Origin: Streblomastix strix
Lineage: Eukaryota
Assembly: GCA_008636045.1 (NCBI GenBank)
Contig: SNRW01000057.1
Span: 1-33,724 of the forward strand
Direction of reading: 5' to 3'
Length of the DNA: 33,724 nt
Positions within the stretch are counted from its first letter, which is position 1, and every line of letters begins with the position of its first letter. Of this stretch, positions 1-12,981 are shown piece by piece. The position numbers and the translations under genes were made by a program. The notes beneath the pieces are model-generated. The model searched no databases. It saw only the letters and a list, made by a program, of their open reading frames with translations, and had not been told where the DNA came from.

Positions 1-1746
1 ACTCATTTATTAAACAATTCACTAATTCTTATACATTAATAAAATCAAACCTTCTTATTCCTTTGTACCAAATCATTTCATATTTATCTAAGAATTAATC
101 AGTAGGCATTGAAAAGTGAAGAATGTGCACCTTATCAAAATGAATAAAATAAAAAAATATAGGAATGACATCCAAATAAAGAATTATTAATAATTAAAAT
201 ACAAACAGGAATTAAATATAGAAGAATGAGCTATTGGTTTTTACTTGGATGAAATTGTTAAATGGATCCGGCTTTTGAGTTCTACATATAAACAGCATAA
301 ATATTAATATAAACAAATTACATTTAAATGCATTTTTCATTTAAAAATATTATTATTTATAAAATACTTAATTTTCTTATGGAGGACAATTTAGAAACGC
401 AAACTCAAGATCAGATTATGCCTAAATTAATTTGTTTATTTATAAATTAATAAGAATATAAAATAGATTTAAATAAAATTAATTCAATAAATAATACATA
501 TTTATATGTATGTAATTTAATATGAAAAAATACATTCATATTTCCTCTATTATAATTCATACTTATTAATATTTAGCTTCAAAAACATGAAATCTGCCTT
601 TGAAATAACTAAATTCTACTCTAATATATCAAATATAAAAAAAATTATGAAGTAAATATATTAATATATATAATATTATAATTCAATAATATAAATAATA
701 CCTTTATGAGAGGGGAAATATTGAGAAATCTGGAAAAGCCTAAAAAGAGAATAATTATTTTACTGGTAAAATATTCTTGTTTATAAATAAATTAATACTT
801 CACTCTAAGATTAATCAATCATGCTTCTATATTTCTCTATATTATTTATCTATCAAATATATTTGAAAAGAAATGAAAATATGAAAATTATTAATAAAAT
901 TAATAGTAATATTAAACTTTAGAACATATTCTGAATGTATTGTTTAGTATGTGAAGAACTCCTTATTATTTAGATCTTTAATATAGTATTGTTATAATAA
1001 TAAATAACGCAAAAAATAACTTAATTAATAAATTCCCAATAATTTTCGTACTTTCCAGAATCGTCACGTCGGCCTCGAAGACACAATTTGAAGAAATTAG
1101 TGAATATTTATGCTGCATCCTTCGAAATGAAATAAAATAATATATTTTCAATTAATGATATACAATGCATACATTAAGATGATGTGGTGGCTCTTTTGCA
1201 ATAGCTTGAATATCATCAGCCTAAAGTAATAATATATAATATAATATAATATAATATAATGAATTATAATATTTGAATCAATGAATATGAATAAATAAAC
1301 CATTTATGCTATTTTCCTATAGTCAGTGAGAAGGAACAGAAAGAGTGGTAATGCCCAATCAGTTGATTATTCAGTAAACTCACTATGATACAAATATTAG
1401 TTCTGAGTTATTTAATAATATTATATACTTGATTAGTAACTAATGGTGTGTAAAAGCTTCCGAGAAATTCTCTCGTCCAATGGCAGCATCACGCATAAGT
1501 AAGTATTACAGTATGTCTGTAGATGTCTTATCATTGCATGCTCTACTACAATATGATTTAATAGCAAGGTCATCCATCTACAATAAATTGAATATATATA
1601 AACTTGAAATATAAGTAAATGAATACTGTTTGTAATGCAGCTATTGGTTCTTCTTTAATACATAAGATCATGTCTGCAAGATTCTTCTAATTTCTCTCCC
1701 TCCAAAAACGTAAGAAGTCATTCACAAAACGTGAAAGCTGTTCCAT
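1..1746 (-). CDS. PCID2: PCI domain-containing protein 2 homolog (Thp1/Csn12-like, TREX-2 subunit); multi-exon, 3' end runs off the window
   Basis: Manual spliced translation (TAR=Gln) gives MEQLSRFVNDFLRFW..., STDWALPLFLFLLTDYRKIAQMADD, SKQQGVLHILNNTFRICSK, VEFSYFKGRFHVFEAKYQQ and KNQQLILLYLIP-VHILHFSMPTDQFLDKY. These blocks are collinear with the PCID2 motifs NWALP..LDLR, SKKWGMLFLVNQLFKIYFK, VTYKYYVGR..F and KNKRMILIYLLPV..LGHMP..LLKKY. Introns are GT-AG. The start ATG at 1746 is inferred. Confidence 0.85.
1236..1260. repeat. (ATAAT)5 microsatellite inside a PCID2 intron
   Basis: Five perfect tandem ATAAT units read directly. Confidence 0.8.
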
Positions 1747-2299
1747 ATCTACAAGAATGCGCTAAAATTCATTTAGAACCAAAGATTATATTTGAATAAA
1801 TTAATTAATAAATGATAAAATTTAACATGTGATCAATGGAGTTAAATGAAGTTTAAATATATGTTTGTAATAGTTTAAATTTATATTATAGAAGTTTGAA
1901 ATTTATTTGGCATATATTTAAATTGTTTAATAATTTACTTCTTGCTAAAAAATGATAACTTTTTGTAGGCTGCACTATGAGCTGAAATTGAGTTAGATAT
2001 TGAAGTAAAATGTATAATTAGGTATTAAGTATTAAATTAATGCAAATAATAATGTTATTTAGGAGGAAATTAATTTAGATACAGTTTTTGATTTCCAAGG
2101 TAAATTGAGAAAATTGTGTCCTGCATCAAACCATTGAAATAAATTCTAATGTTTATAATAAAATTTAAAATTTAAGCAGTAATAATATCCAATTAATTAT
2201 AAATAACATCTTATTAAAGTTTGAATACTTCGGTATTTCACTTTTTAATTTAGATAGTTTTTTGAAAATTATTTTCTGGTATGTTAAATGCTATCATTT

Positions 2300-2636
2300 G
2301 AAGTAAACAAAATACAAAAATATGGACAGTTACTATTCACCTCTTCGCAAATTCTAACAGAGAACCAAGTCAAAGTTATTAAAGTTTTTATCAGGACATT
2401 GACCAGAATTTTGAATGTTATTAAATTATAAATAAACGCATTCGCGAATATATTTCTAATAAGAATTAGCATAAATATACACGATACATTCATGGGTATT
2501 CCAATTCAAACATATTTTTGAAAATGGAAAAAAACAGAAATTCAGCCTCGCCTGCACAAATTTAATTCACACTTCTTCCTGATTCGTAATGTACTATGAA
2601 TTTATGTAATAATAATTATTTATTTTCAATAAAATG
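2300..2636 (+). repeat. Dispersed ~340-bp repeat, copy A (inverted homolog at 12429-12766)
   Basis: Aligns by eye to the reverse complement of 12429-12766 at roughly 80% identity. Shared blocks include caaattctaacaga, caaagttattaaag, cacgatacattcatg and an identical acttcttcctgattcgtaatgtactatg. Confidence 0.9.
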
Positions 2637-2875
2637 GCATATATATATATCTACTCAATTTCATCAATATATTTTTTTTACATTCATTCTTTAATTTATT
2701 CAGTATCCCTAACATTTATTCAAATTAAATTTTTAAAAAAAAATTACTTTTAGTATCCAAATATTCAAAAATGTTTAAATCAATCTTATATGAACATGAT
2801 AAATCTATAAAAAGGACAACATTTAAAACTCTACTCTTATATATGATATTTATTTTATCACACCAGATTACTTCA

Positions 2876-5800
2876 ATGCAGGAAATAAATTCATAAGGCA
2901 CTGATAAAATATTCTCACGTTGGCGTATATTGCAATCTTCTGTTTTTCACATTAGGTTGGTTTCAATTTTTATAGTTATTATGAATTTTCTTTAAATGTA
3001 AAGATTATTAAGAATTTACTTATTATATTAACATTAATACTTTTAATATTTATCAGCATTTCAGATTTTCTTATTAGTTCATTGTAACATACATAATTAT
3101 TATAAATCAATCAAAAATTTAATGATAAAGGAGGTAAAACTTAAAATGGTGTTTACTAATTGTAAGGTTAAATGATTTCAATACCAACTTTATCATCATT
3201 TTCACTTTCGTATCTAAATTATGATCATGATTAATGTGTGCATATATACTTATTATATATTAAATTATTCAACACTATCCATTATTATACAGGTAATAAT
3301 ACGAATAGCCATATTCTGAATGTAGGAAGTTCCGTTTGGGCTCTTGATTTTGCCAGAGTTCAACCAATTCCATAAGCCAATCACTTCTTGGCAATCGGTA
3401 CTCGTTCATGTAATACTCATTATCTGCACAAATCTTGTTATGCCCCAAACTTCATATAAATATGGAATTGTGGGAAACTTGGCGATCCATCAAATGAATT
3501 TATTCAACCGTATTTTGCTTTGGGAATAAGTCATTCAGATGGATGCATTTGGACATTGAAATTTTGTCCTCATGTTGTTTCTGATGGAGAAAATGACTTA
3601 TAAACTTAAGAGAAATTGAAAAATAATAAATAATCAAGAAATATATAAACGTATCCAAAAATTGGTATTCTTGCATATGCTGCTGGTAATGTAGTTCGTG
3701 TTATTGCAATTCCAAATCCAAATTCACTTCAAGAAAAAGAATTTGAGAACAAAAGTTAATTAACAAAAGAAAATATTAATTAACTTAAAACAAATTAACC
3801 TCTAAAACCACATTTTGTTATGCTCTGTACATAAATTCCTCTTTCAATTCCACATAATGAGTAATGTTGGTGTCTTGATTGGAGTCCTCATTTCCCTGGA
3901 TTAATTGCATGTGGATTAACAGATGGAAGTATTTCAATATTCGACTTGTCCAAATCAAGTCCAATATTACCAACATAAATTCCACTTTGGGTCCATAACA
4001 CTCAAATTAATGAATAAGAAAAAGAATAAAATGTAATATCAGAATTAGTACCATAGAATAATTCATCTTCTTAGACAAAAGTTACTAATGTATCTATGAA
4101 ATAACACTAAAATTCATTATAATCTTTATAGTAATAATCTTATTCTGATGCAATATTTCCACGTCAGCGAATTGTTCAGTAGATCCCTTCAACTCCTTTA
4201 AAAGCGTCAAATATATAATCAAATTAACAGCATCAAATTAATTAATAAATTGTGTCTTCATTGCCATAATAGTAAAATGATTTTTCAAACATATATAAGC
4301 ATACCAGCTCAATTATTAGATGATAAGCTCTATCATTAGAACTTCACGATAAGCGCACCATTGATATAATACCACTATGTCGGACTACAATTGAAGGACA
4401 ACAACTTTTCCCTCCTCTACAAACACAGAAACTCACAACATTTCCTCTTCGCACCCTCCAATTCTCACCAAAAGACAAATACATACTCGCAGCTGCTGGA
4501 CACGAAGGAAGAATCTTCTTATGCACAATACAAGGAACAGGAGGCCAGATTAATTATGGAGAAGAAAGAGATAATACCAGTAATGCAACTGATTCCAGAT
4601 AACAGAGATTGATGATTAGCACAAATTGGATCCTTAGTCTTGTTTGGAGCAGTTAGTGCAGTGATGGAGAAGTAATGTGCGCTTTGGAGGATAACACATT
4701 GCGTGTATTCAAATTAAGAGGAAATGCTCCTTATTCTTCAATTGTATAAGAGAAAGTACCTCAAAAGAAAAAAGTTAAATTAACTCCAAAATTTACCAAA
4801 AAATCTTCTATAAATCTAAAATAAACAACTTTTATCAAGAGCATCACTCTTAATCAATAGTTTGACATGAAATAATATCATGTAATAAACGAAAATCACA
4901 AATGCATTGATGGATTAAGAGCATTTATTAGAGCTTAATAAATTACTAAGAACAAATAAATGTCATATTAAACACAATGTTATTTATTTTCTTATCATGA
5001 CCTAAAGAATGAACAATAAATTATTAATAATTAATAGTTGGAACCAATTAATAATTAATAAGAACATAATATATAAACTAATATAATTTCTAATATAAAG
5101 AATGAAAAGAATGAAGAATAATCCCTTAAATTGAATGATATTAATATTCCCATCAAAACTAATAAGTAATGAAATGATTAAACTTCTTAGAAAGTTTAAG
5201 TTACTCATCCTCATGAAGAAGATTCAGATAGTAGTGATGATTCACATATTACTTTGAATTCACTTAAAACTACTCCTAAAAGTTCATCTCAGGTATGTTA
5301 ATCATTATATTTCTCTAAATTCAATTATTTTTGTTTATACTTCTCATAATATTTAAAGGTTCGCTAATATGAATTCTTTTCTGGGCCTTGCTTTGCACTT
5401 GCACGAAGTAACTGGAATCGTACAACTTTAGCAGTTACAGCAACAGGGTGTATTTACTCGATCTAGAAAAGCCGTACAAAAGAAACGACTGTTTGTTTAT
5501 TAGTCCAATTTACTTTCTAATTAATTAATAATTTATTTTTTTTATTTTCAATAATTTAATATAATATAAATTATGATAAACTTTCCAATAGTTTGATATT
5601 CAGGAATTATAGTAATCTTTTCTTCTACCAACTTCTCCTCTCCATGAATGGGATCCATAATCATTGGAAAGAATCATAATATATCTTTCATAAATTTAAA
5701 TGCATAATCAATCAACATATGATACCCATAAAGTTGATCATAATGGATAGTAAGAAAAAATGAATAAGTATTAGAATTAGAATATGAATTCAATTATTTC

Positions 5801-6548
5801 TTAAAATGAAAAGAATATTTGTGAAAAGATTATTAGATATCATTAAAATCAATAATAATACAATTAAATATAAAATATTGATATTAATCAACAAAATTAA
5901 GAATAATATTAAAGTTTGGGGTAAAACAAAACTTCTCTTATTCATAATATTGATATAAACCAATCAACTAATTATAACATCGAACAAAATTCAAAATAAT
6001 TAAATGATAAAAAAATAATAAATAATAATATTTTACTATAAAACTAGAGCAATTTTTTTTAATTTCCATAAATTGGAACATCATCAGATTCTATTTAATA
6101 ATTAACACGTATATTAAATATTCCAGCGATAAAAATAAGATAAATTATTCAGATGATGGAAACTGATTTGCCTCCATAAATAGTCTCTATTTATACTGAT
6201 ATCCGAAATTTCTTCGTTAATGTTACTGCAAATAGGTCACTTTATCCACTGAAGAGATAAAATCCTAAAGTCATTAATGAAAATACAGATTAAGATAATT
6301 AGATGTAAATAGGCACTAAAATTAGCAAACCAAAAAATATAGTTTAATCCACTAATTAATCTCCCATGAATTCATAACGAAGTCTTTTTATCCTTCAACG
6401 AGATCTGTGGATATAATCCGTATGTTGGAATGAATGTTGTGAAGAATCTTCATCTTGGTGTGCATTTGGCAGCTAGGGTGGAATTGTAAGGATATGCAAA
6501 TTAAAACAAAAAGATGATTTATAATTAAAAAATATGCAAAAGATTTGA
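2876..6548 (+). CDS. GTF3C2: General transcription factor IIIC WD40 subunit (GTF3C2/TFIIIC110/Tfc6-like); multi-exon with low-complexity insertions
   Basis: Spliced TAR=Gln translation contains ILNVGSSVWALDF, HFLAIGT, IQIWN, LGISHSDGCIWTLKFCP, IGILAYAAGNVVRVIAIPNP, CWCLDWSPH..LIACGLTDGSISIFDL and C-terminal IQSVCWNECCEESSSWCAFGSQGGIVRI. This motif order is typical of GTF3C2/Tfc6. TGA stop at 6546-6548. The start at 2876 is inferred from phase-consistent splicing. Confidence 0.75.
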
Positions 6549-7080
6549 CATTTTAATTTCCATTTCTCATATCTTACCTTTGTTTGTTTAAAAGTTATGT
6601 TGAATTCCAAAAATTAAAATGTATGCCCAATGTTTAATAATGTTAAATATTCACATCTAATTCCTTATTTTTTAATATTTACTTTCTATTCAAAGGTTAT
6701 ATTATTAATTGAAATATTCATATTGATCTATGAAATTGAAGGTTCTGAATGTTGAAAGATTGTTCACGACAAAATAACCTTTAAATTGCAATAAAATATA
6801 TGAAATTAAACACATCTTAAAATTGAAATTAATTTTTCTGTTCATAATTTTATAAATTTTAACTCAAAAAATATTATTTTGTAGATTGAAAAATCATTTT
6901 TATTACTTAATAAGATGATGAATCTACATTGCAATTGTTGAATCAAGGAAAATATATTTTGATCATTATATCGTAGACACTATAAACAAAAAAAATTCAT
7001 TATGCAAATGAAATTATTAACAAAATTATATTTATTAACACAATATTATGCCATTTATCAATCCCATATTGAACGCATTA

Positions 7081-10000
7081 TCAGTCTATAATCATATCAT
7101 TCTTCGCAGAATTGTTCGCTCCTCCATTTTCCTGCTCATTTTCAAACTCAACATCGTCTTCATTCTCAAAATACTTCAAAAGGATATTTTCAGCCAGTTA
7201 AGAAATGTCAAATTTGTTGTATTTTAAATATTCCATGGCTGTGATTCCACCATTCTCTTCTATGAGTACTTTACCCTAAAAATAATTATTTGTATTAATA
7301 TATAAATACAATAACACAAACAAATACAAACATTTGGGTGAATAGTTAATACACATTCAATCATCATAAGTGATTGCCTTCTCAGTTATGTAGATACTGA
7401 ATTATGCATACTAATAAAGATTGGAAGAACACTTGTTCAGAAAATATTAAATAATTAGATAATTATTAGTAAAACAATAAAATAGAAAATTTAATGTTAT
7501 TCTATATTAATAACAATAAAATTTATTCCTTATAAATATGTACACTTTTTCTCAATCAGAAGATTTAAGTTATTCAAATTGGTGTTCGCAAAAAGTAAAA
7601 GGCATTTTCCAGCCTATAAATAAAGTTGAAATAAGAAATAATTTGAAATGAAAACCAATATAAACTATTTCCTTCAACGTAGATATATTGAATTCCAAAA
7701 TCTGCAAATAGTTTCCAAATATTGATTGAAAAATGAAAAATAGAATATTGATTTTAAACCCATATAAGTCTATCTAAAAGTTCAGAATGAAATGCTCTTA
7801 TTCTTTCAGCTGCTTCTGAACCTATAAAAAATGAAATAAAAGAAAAATAAATAAATGAAAAATAAATAATAATAAAATAAGTGAAGATATTTATATATAA
7901 TAATAATACCCAAAGAAAGGAAAGTCCTAATAAAAATAAGAGCTTCTTCCTTCACTTTTGTAAATAAAGATCTTAAAAGGAAATAAAATAATATATAATA
8001 AAATAATATATAATAAAATATAATTTTCATTGTTATTCAAGAGTTCAAACTAATCTTCCTTTTCAATGTTTTCGTCTTTATTATCAACTAATTCATTTTC
8101 TTATTCTTCTTTCTCTTCATAATGTGAATCTTCATCTTCATCATCAACATCAATCTCAATTCCTTCTTCATTCTGCTGTCTTATATCATTTTCTTTTTCT
8201 TTTTCCAATTCTTTCTTATTCTCAAATTATGGCTTTACTTATAACATGTCTTTGGCATCGAGAATAACATATTAATAGGCAAGAATTCTATCAATCTCGG
8301 ATTAAAACTAGAATTTATGGTCTTTTTAGAAAATTATATCAAAATTTATTATAGTATCAATAAATAAATTTCATATTTCATAATAATTAATAAATTAAAA
8401 GTATAAAACTTACCTATATGAGCAAGATTAATAAAAGCTGCATTTTCAATTGCACTAATTAAAATAAAATAATAAAATTTATATATACATGCATTATAAT
8501 AATAATAATAAATTATATTCTTATTAATTTTATAAAAAAAATTATTCTATACGCTTAAAATTCTCCATCTTTCTGTAATTGAATCATTTCCTCCTTTAAT
8601 ATATCTTCTTCTTTACTCTATGCTAACATCTATGCCATTTATTTCTTTTCAATCATATTCAACCAAAGTTGTTACATTTCTTTTTCAATTCTTTCCTTCT
8701 TCTAAATTTCAGTTTCTTCTCCAATTTCTTTCTCCTTCTATTTCTCTTCCTGCTCTCCAAAAATATTTCTTTCAACCCATTTTCCTTTTGATACTTCCTA
8801 AAACACACCATAGATCTACTTAATATTTATACAGGATGAAAACAAATAATGAATTTCTTTATTAATTCCAACTTTATTATTTCTTCCAGTTATATCTTCT
8901 TTCCCATTTCCTAAATTTAATTCAATTTATTCCCCAATTTATTCAGCTTATTATTTATTTTATCCAATAAGAACATTTGATATTATTTTTATGATTGGGA
9001 TCTTATTATTTAATTGAATGTTGGATGAATAAAGAAGTGAAATCTGAATTGAAGTTACAATTAATAACAAGAAATAAAAAAAATATCAAAATTGTATTCA
9101 AAAAATAATGATAATATATTCTAAATAAAAATAATAAATATTGTATACAACAAGAGGAATTAAACTTCTAATGCTTAATACGTTTCTCTATTTTAATAAA
9201 AATTAATAATAATATGATGTTTATAATACCAATTAATTCAAACTATGCATTCTTCATCTGCAATGACAATATTAGAAATGAGCCATAATGCTTAATACAT
9301 TACTTGAGCACTCTAAAGTATAATATAATATATATAATATATAATTGCAATAATATTTCTCCATACCAGAGATCTTAATCCTCTTACAATAACATTTATA
9401 ATATTGTATTTACCAGGCTTTGCCATCATCATGTCCTTCAACACAGCGAGTGATTAAGATTCTTCATTTCCAAATAAGTGCTATTAATATCCATGAATTT
9501 GATACTCATTGATATCTCCCATTAAAAAATAGAGAGTCCAGAGGCAATTTTGTGATAAAAGATCACTAAGGAGCTGAAATTATTTAAAAATGTAATAAAA
9601 TGTAAATTATTTCTAAAATTATATCATTTGTCTATCTAAAATTTTATTATTTGTTCATTCATTTGTTATCACACATAATTTCGCATAAAAATAGTCATAA
9701 TTGCTGATGTAGAACCATATGTATGAAGAATAGGTACTAAAGAGCTTTTGGCTTTTGCAATGTTGCCTATAATTATAATTATATTATTATTATTATAATT
9801 ATTATATACTATTGATAACTAAAAGCACACCAATAGAAATAATAATCAACTACATTGGAAGCTTAAAATACAAAATTCAAATAATAAATAAATGAAATAT
9901 AATAAAATAAAAAATACACACAATATCTTTAACTATCTTTAGAAGTTCAAGAAAATGAGGAATACAATCTACAATTTATTAATAAATGTTTTCAGTACTT

Positions 10001-10619
10001 ATTGTAAAACCTATTACATTAAATAAATAAATAAATGGAAATAATTATAATATATTAGATCAAATTACATACTTTAAAAAATTAACAATGTATTATTTCG
10101 CACTTCGAGATCATCTGAAAAGAGTAGTTTCTAAAATACATTTATGAAAATAATCTTTTTACAAAAGGAAATATAATAAATACAATCAATGCTGGTTTCA
10201 TTAAACTGATAGCATCATCAGGAATAACACAACTACTTAAACTCAGGCATCTTCTCAATACAACAATATTTTTCAATGGTTCTATCCCTTCTCCAGCAGC
10301 CTTATAAAAATAATATGGAAATAAAATAATCAAGATAGGCAAACTAGGAGATTCTTTAGCAGATCATTAAAATCCATCTGCACATCGCTGAATTTTTGTA
10401 TATCATCTGAAAAATGAATTATTAAATTATCATATTATAAAATCTCTATAATATACATCCCGTTTCAAAGATCTAACGTTAATCAAGTTAGGTACGCCTT
10501 TATGTCCTTCGTGACATTATAAATTAATCGCTACGATTCTACTAAAATTCATTGTGAGTTTTGCTATTCTCAAAACGAGCACGGCGAAGAGCTGCTCGAT
10601 TTTCAATTGAATTATCCAT
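7081..10619 (-). CDS. Divergent importin subunit alpha (IBB domain + ARM repeats) with charged insertions; multi-exon
   Basis: The N-terminus MDNSIENRAALRRARFENSKTHNEFQQNRSDQFIMSRRTQRRTQLDQRQ is IBB-like. ARM-like segments follow (QALWLISNIV). The C-terminus LIEENGGITAMEYLKYNKFDISQLAENILLKYFENEDD matches the importin-alpha C-terminal repeat (IEECGG....E.LQ...A..II..YF). TGA at 7081-7083. Confidence 0.8.
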
Positions 10620-11054
10620 TAATTTAATAAAATGTACTAATGTAGAAATGAATAATTAAAAGAATAAATAAATAAGATATTATTTAAGGAAATTTCTGCT
10701 TTTTTACTATTTTTTGCAATTTGCTTCAATAACTCTGTAAATTTATTGTTTTATAATTTGATTACATGCATTTAGATAGGTAAATAATTTTCTGCTTAAA
10801 AATTTATCATTTAAAATATTTTATTAGCTTAAATTGGTGCAGAAAATCAATTTTAAGTTAACTCGTTCAATGTGGAGTTGCTAAAATACTAAATATTTGA
10901 TTAAACATAAACAAATATATTTAAACTTACTGTTACAATAAAGACTTAATTAAGTATCTATTAACAAAGATTTGAAATAAATAAATTTTTAATCAACGTT
11001 AATACGATATTTTATTTGATAATAATTTGATAATTAAAGAGTATATTTTAATTA

Positions 11055-12271
11055 TCACTTCTTTTCCTACTTCTTCAAAGTAGATAACTCAATAGCTATT
11101 TGGGCTGCAAGTTTAGCATTGTTTTACACCAGTTCGATGTTTGAACACAATGATTGACCTTCAGTTAATTCAGAAACTCTAGCCAACAAAAATGGTGTTA
11201 TTCTTTTACCACTAATTCCCTTTTCATCAGCTTCCTTCAATGCTCTACTAATTGCACTATCTATAACCTAAAGAAATATTAATAATATAAAATATATGAA
11301 TCATAAATATACCTCGTGAGGAGTTTCTTTCTCTTTTGGAATTGGGTTAGTTACAAGAATTCCATGATTAGAATTCATAATATATCGTTAAGCATAGAAA
11401 ATATCAGCAATCTGATCAAAAGAAAAATAAATTAAATATTAAACAGATAAAAAAATGAATTATTATATTATATACAAACTTCTTTTGGACTGTCAGATCT
11501 AAGTTCCAACTTTAATCCAGATGAATATGAATAAAAAGCAGGTAATTCATCAGTTCCATATCCAATAACAGGAATTCCTTCCGTTTCTAAATATTCTAAT
11601 GTTTTAGGTAAGTCGAGAATTGCTTTTATTCCGGCACATACAACAATTATTGGAGATTTACTGAATTCCCTTAAATCAGAACTAACATCCAAAGTTCTGT
11701 ATATAATAACAATAATTGATTAGAATAAATAATAATTATAAAAGATATATCAAATACAATATAAGAAGAATATATCAATTTGATCAATATTCCATACTTT
11801 TCAACACAACGATGTACTCCTCCAATTCCTCCTGTTGCAAATACATTCACACCATTACCATTATAATTAGTAATAATACGCATAGTTGCACTAACTGTAC
11901 AAGCTCCATTTAATCTACGTCCAATTACATATCCAAGATCTCTTCTAGAACATTTCATTATATTTGTTCCTTCTTTTCCTAATAATTCAATTTCATCATC
12001 TGTTAGACCTATTCGTGGAACTCCCTGTAATTACATTTATTGAATAAGCAGATTAAATATGAATATAAAAATATATAACCTCTATCACTGCTACTGTTGC
12101 AGGGATAGCTCCACAACTACGAACAACTTCTTCAACTTTGCGAGCTACTTCAACATTTTGTGGATAGGGCATGCCATGTGAAATAATAGTTGATTCCAGA
12201 GCAACAACAGGCATCCCTCGTTAAATGGCATCAGCAACTTCACGACTTGGTGTTATTTGTATTCCAATCAT
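11055..12271 (-). CDS. psuG: Pseudouridine-5'-phosphate glycosidase (PsuG/IndA family), standalone, 4 introns
   Basis: Signature motifs are [89 protein letters not shown] and [16 protein letters not shown]. Four GT-AG introns restore a continuous frame. TGA at 11055-11057. Confidence 0.95.
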
Positions 12272-12428
12272 CTAAATAAAACTAAATAAATATAGAATTA
12301 CATTAAATTAAGAGGAGAAGAAACGCATTAAAATTTGATATCTATAAATTAATAAGATAGATGAGGAATAAATTAAAGAATGAATGAAATAAAAGAATTT
12401 TGATGGAATTGAGTAAATATAAAAGTGG

Positions 12429-12766
12429 TATTTTATCAAAATTTAAAAATAATTATTACATAAATACATAGTACATTACGAATCAGGAAGAAGTTTGAAT
12501 AAAATTTGCACAGACGATGCTGAGCTTGTGTTTTTTCTATTTTCAAAAATATGTCTGGATTTAAATACACATGAATGTATCGTGCATAATTTATGTGAAT
12601 TCTAATTAGAAATGTATTCGTAAATATATTTATTTATAATTCAATAACATTAAATATCCAGGTCAAGGTCAGGATAAAAGCTTTAATAACTTTGGCTTGG
12701 TTATCTGTTAGAATTTGTGGAGAAGTGAATGGTAACAGTTCATATTTTTTACATTTAATTTACTTC
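12429..12766 (-). repeat. Dispersed ~340-bp repeat, copy B (inverted relative to 2300-2636)
   Basis: The reverse complement aligns along its full length to 2300-2636. Confidence 0.9.
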
Positions 12767-12981
12767 TTAAATTCTCAATTAAATGGTTTATTTCACATGA
12801 TTCACATTTTAATCTTAAATTGCCAATTTTACGCTTCTTGAAATAGTTTATAAATCTAATTTTTATTAAATTAAATGCATTAATATTTTCTTAGAATAAA
12901 TTTCCATAAAAAACAAATGTTATGTTGTTTTTATTTTATATTTTATAAATTTTATTTTTAATTCAGAAAAATAAAATTTCT

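Noticed and set aside
2284..2493. 69-aa minus-strand ORF from the track
   Set aside because: It lies within the dispersed repeat. The second copy has a 1-nt indel in this frame and substitutions show no codon-position bias.
2703..2711. gtatccct resembling a U12-type 5' splice site
   Set aside because: It is an imperfect match to RTATCCTT, lies upstream of the inferred start, and has no supporting exon or branch site.
11055..12271. psuG as a pseudogene or bacterial contaminant
   Set aside because: The apparent stops are TAR=Gln and the breaks are canonical GT-AG introns. The spliced frame is intact.
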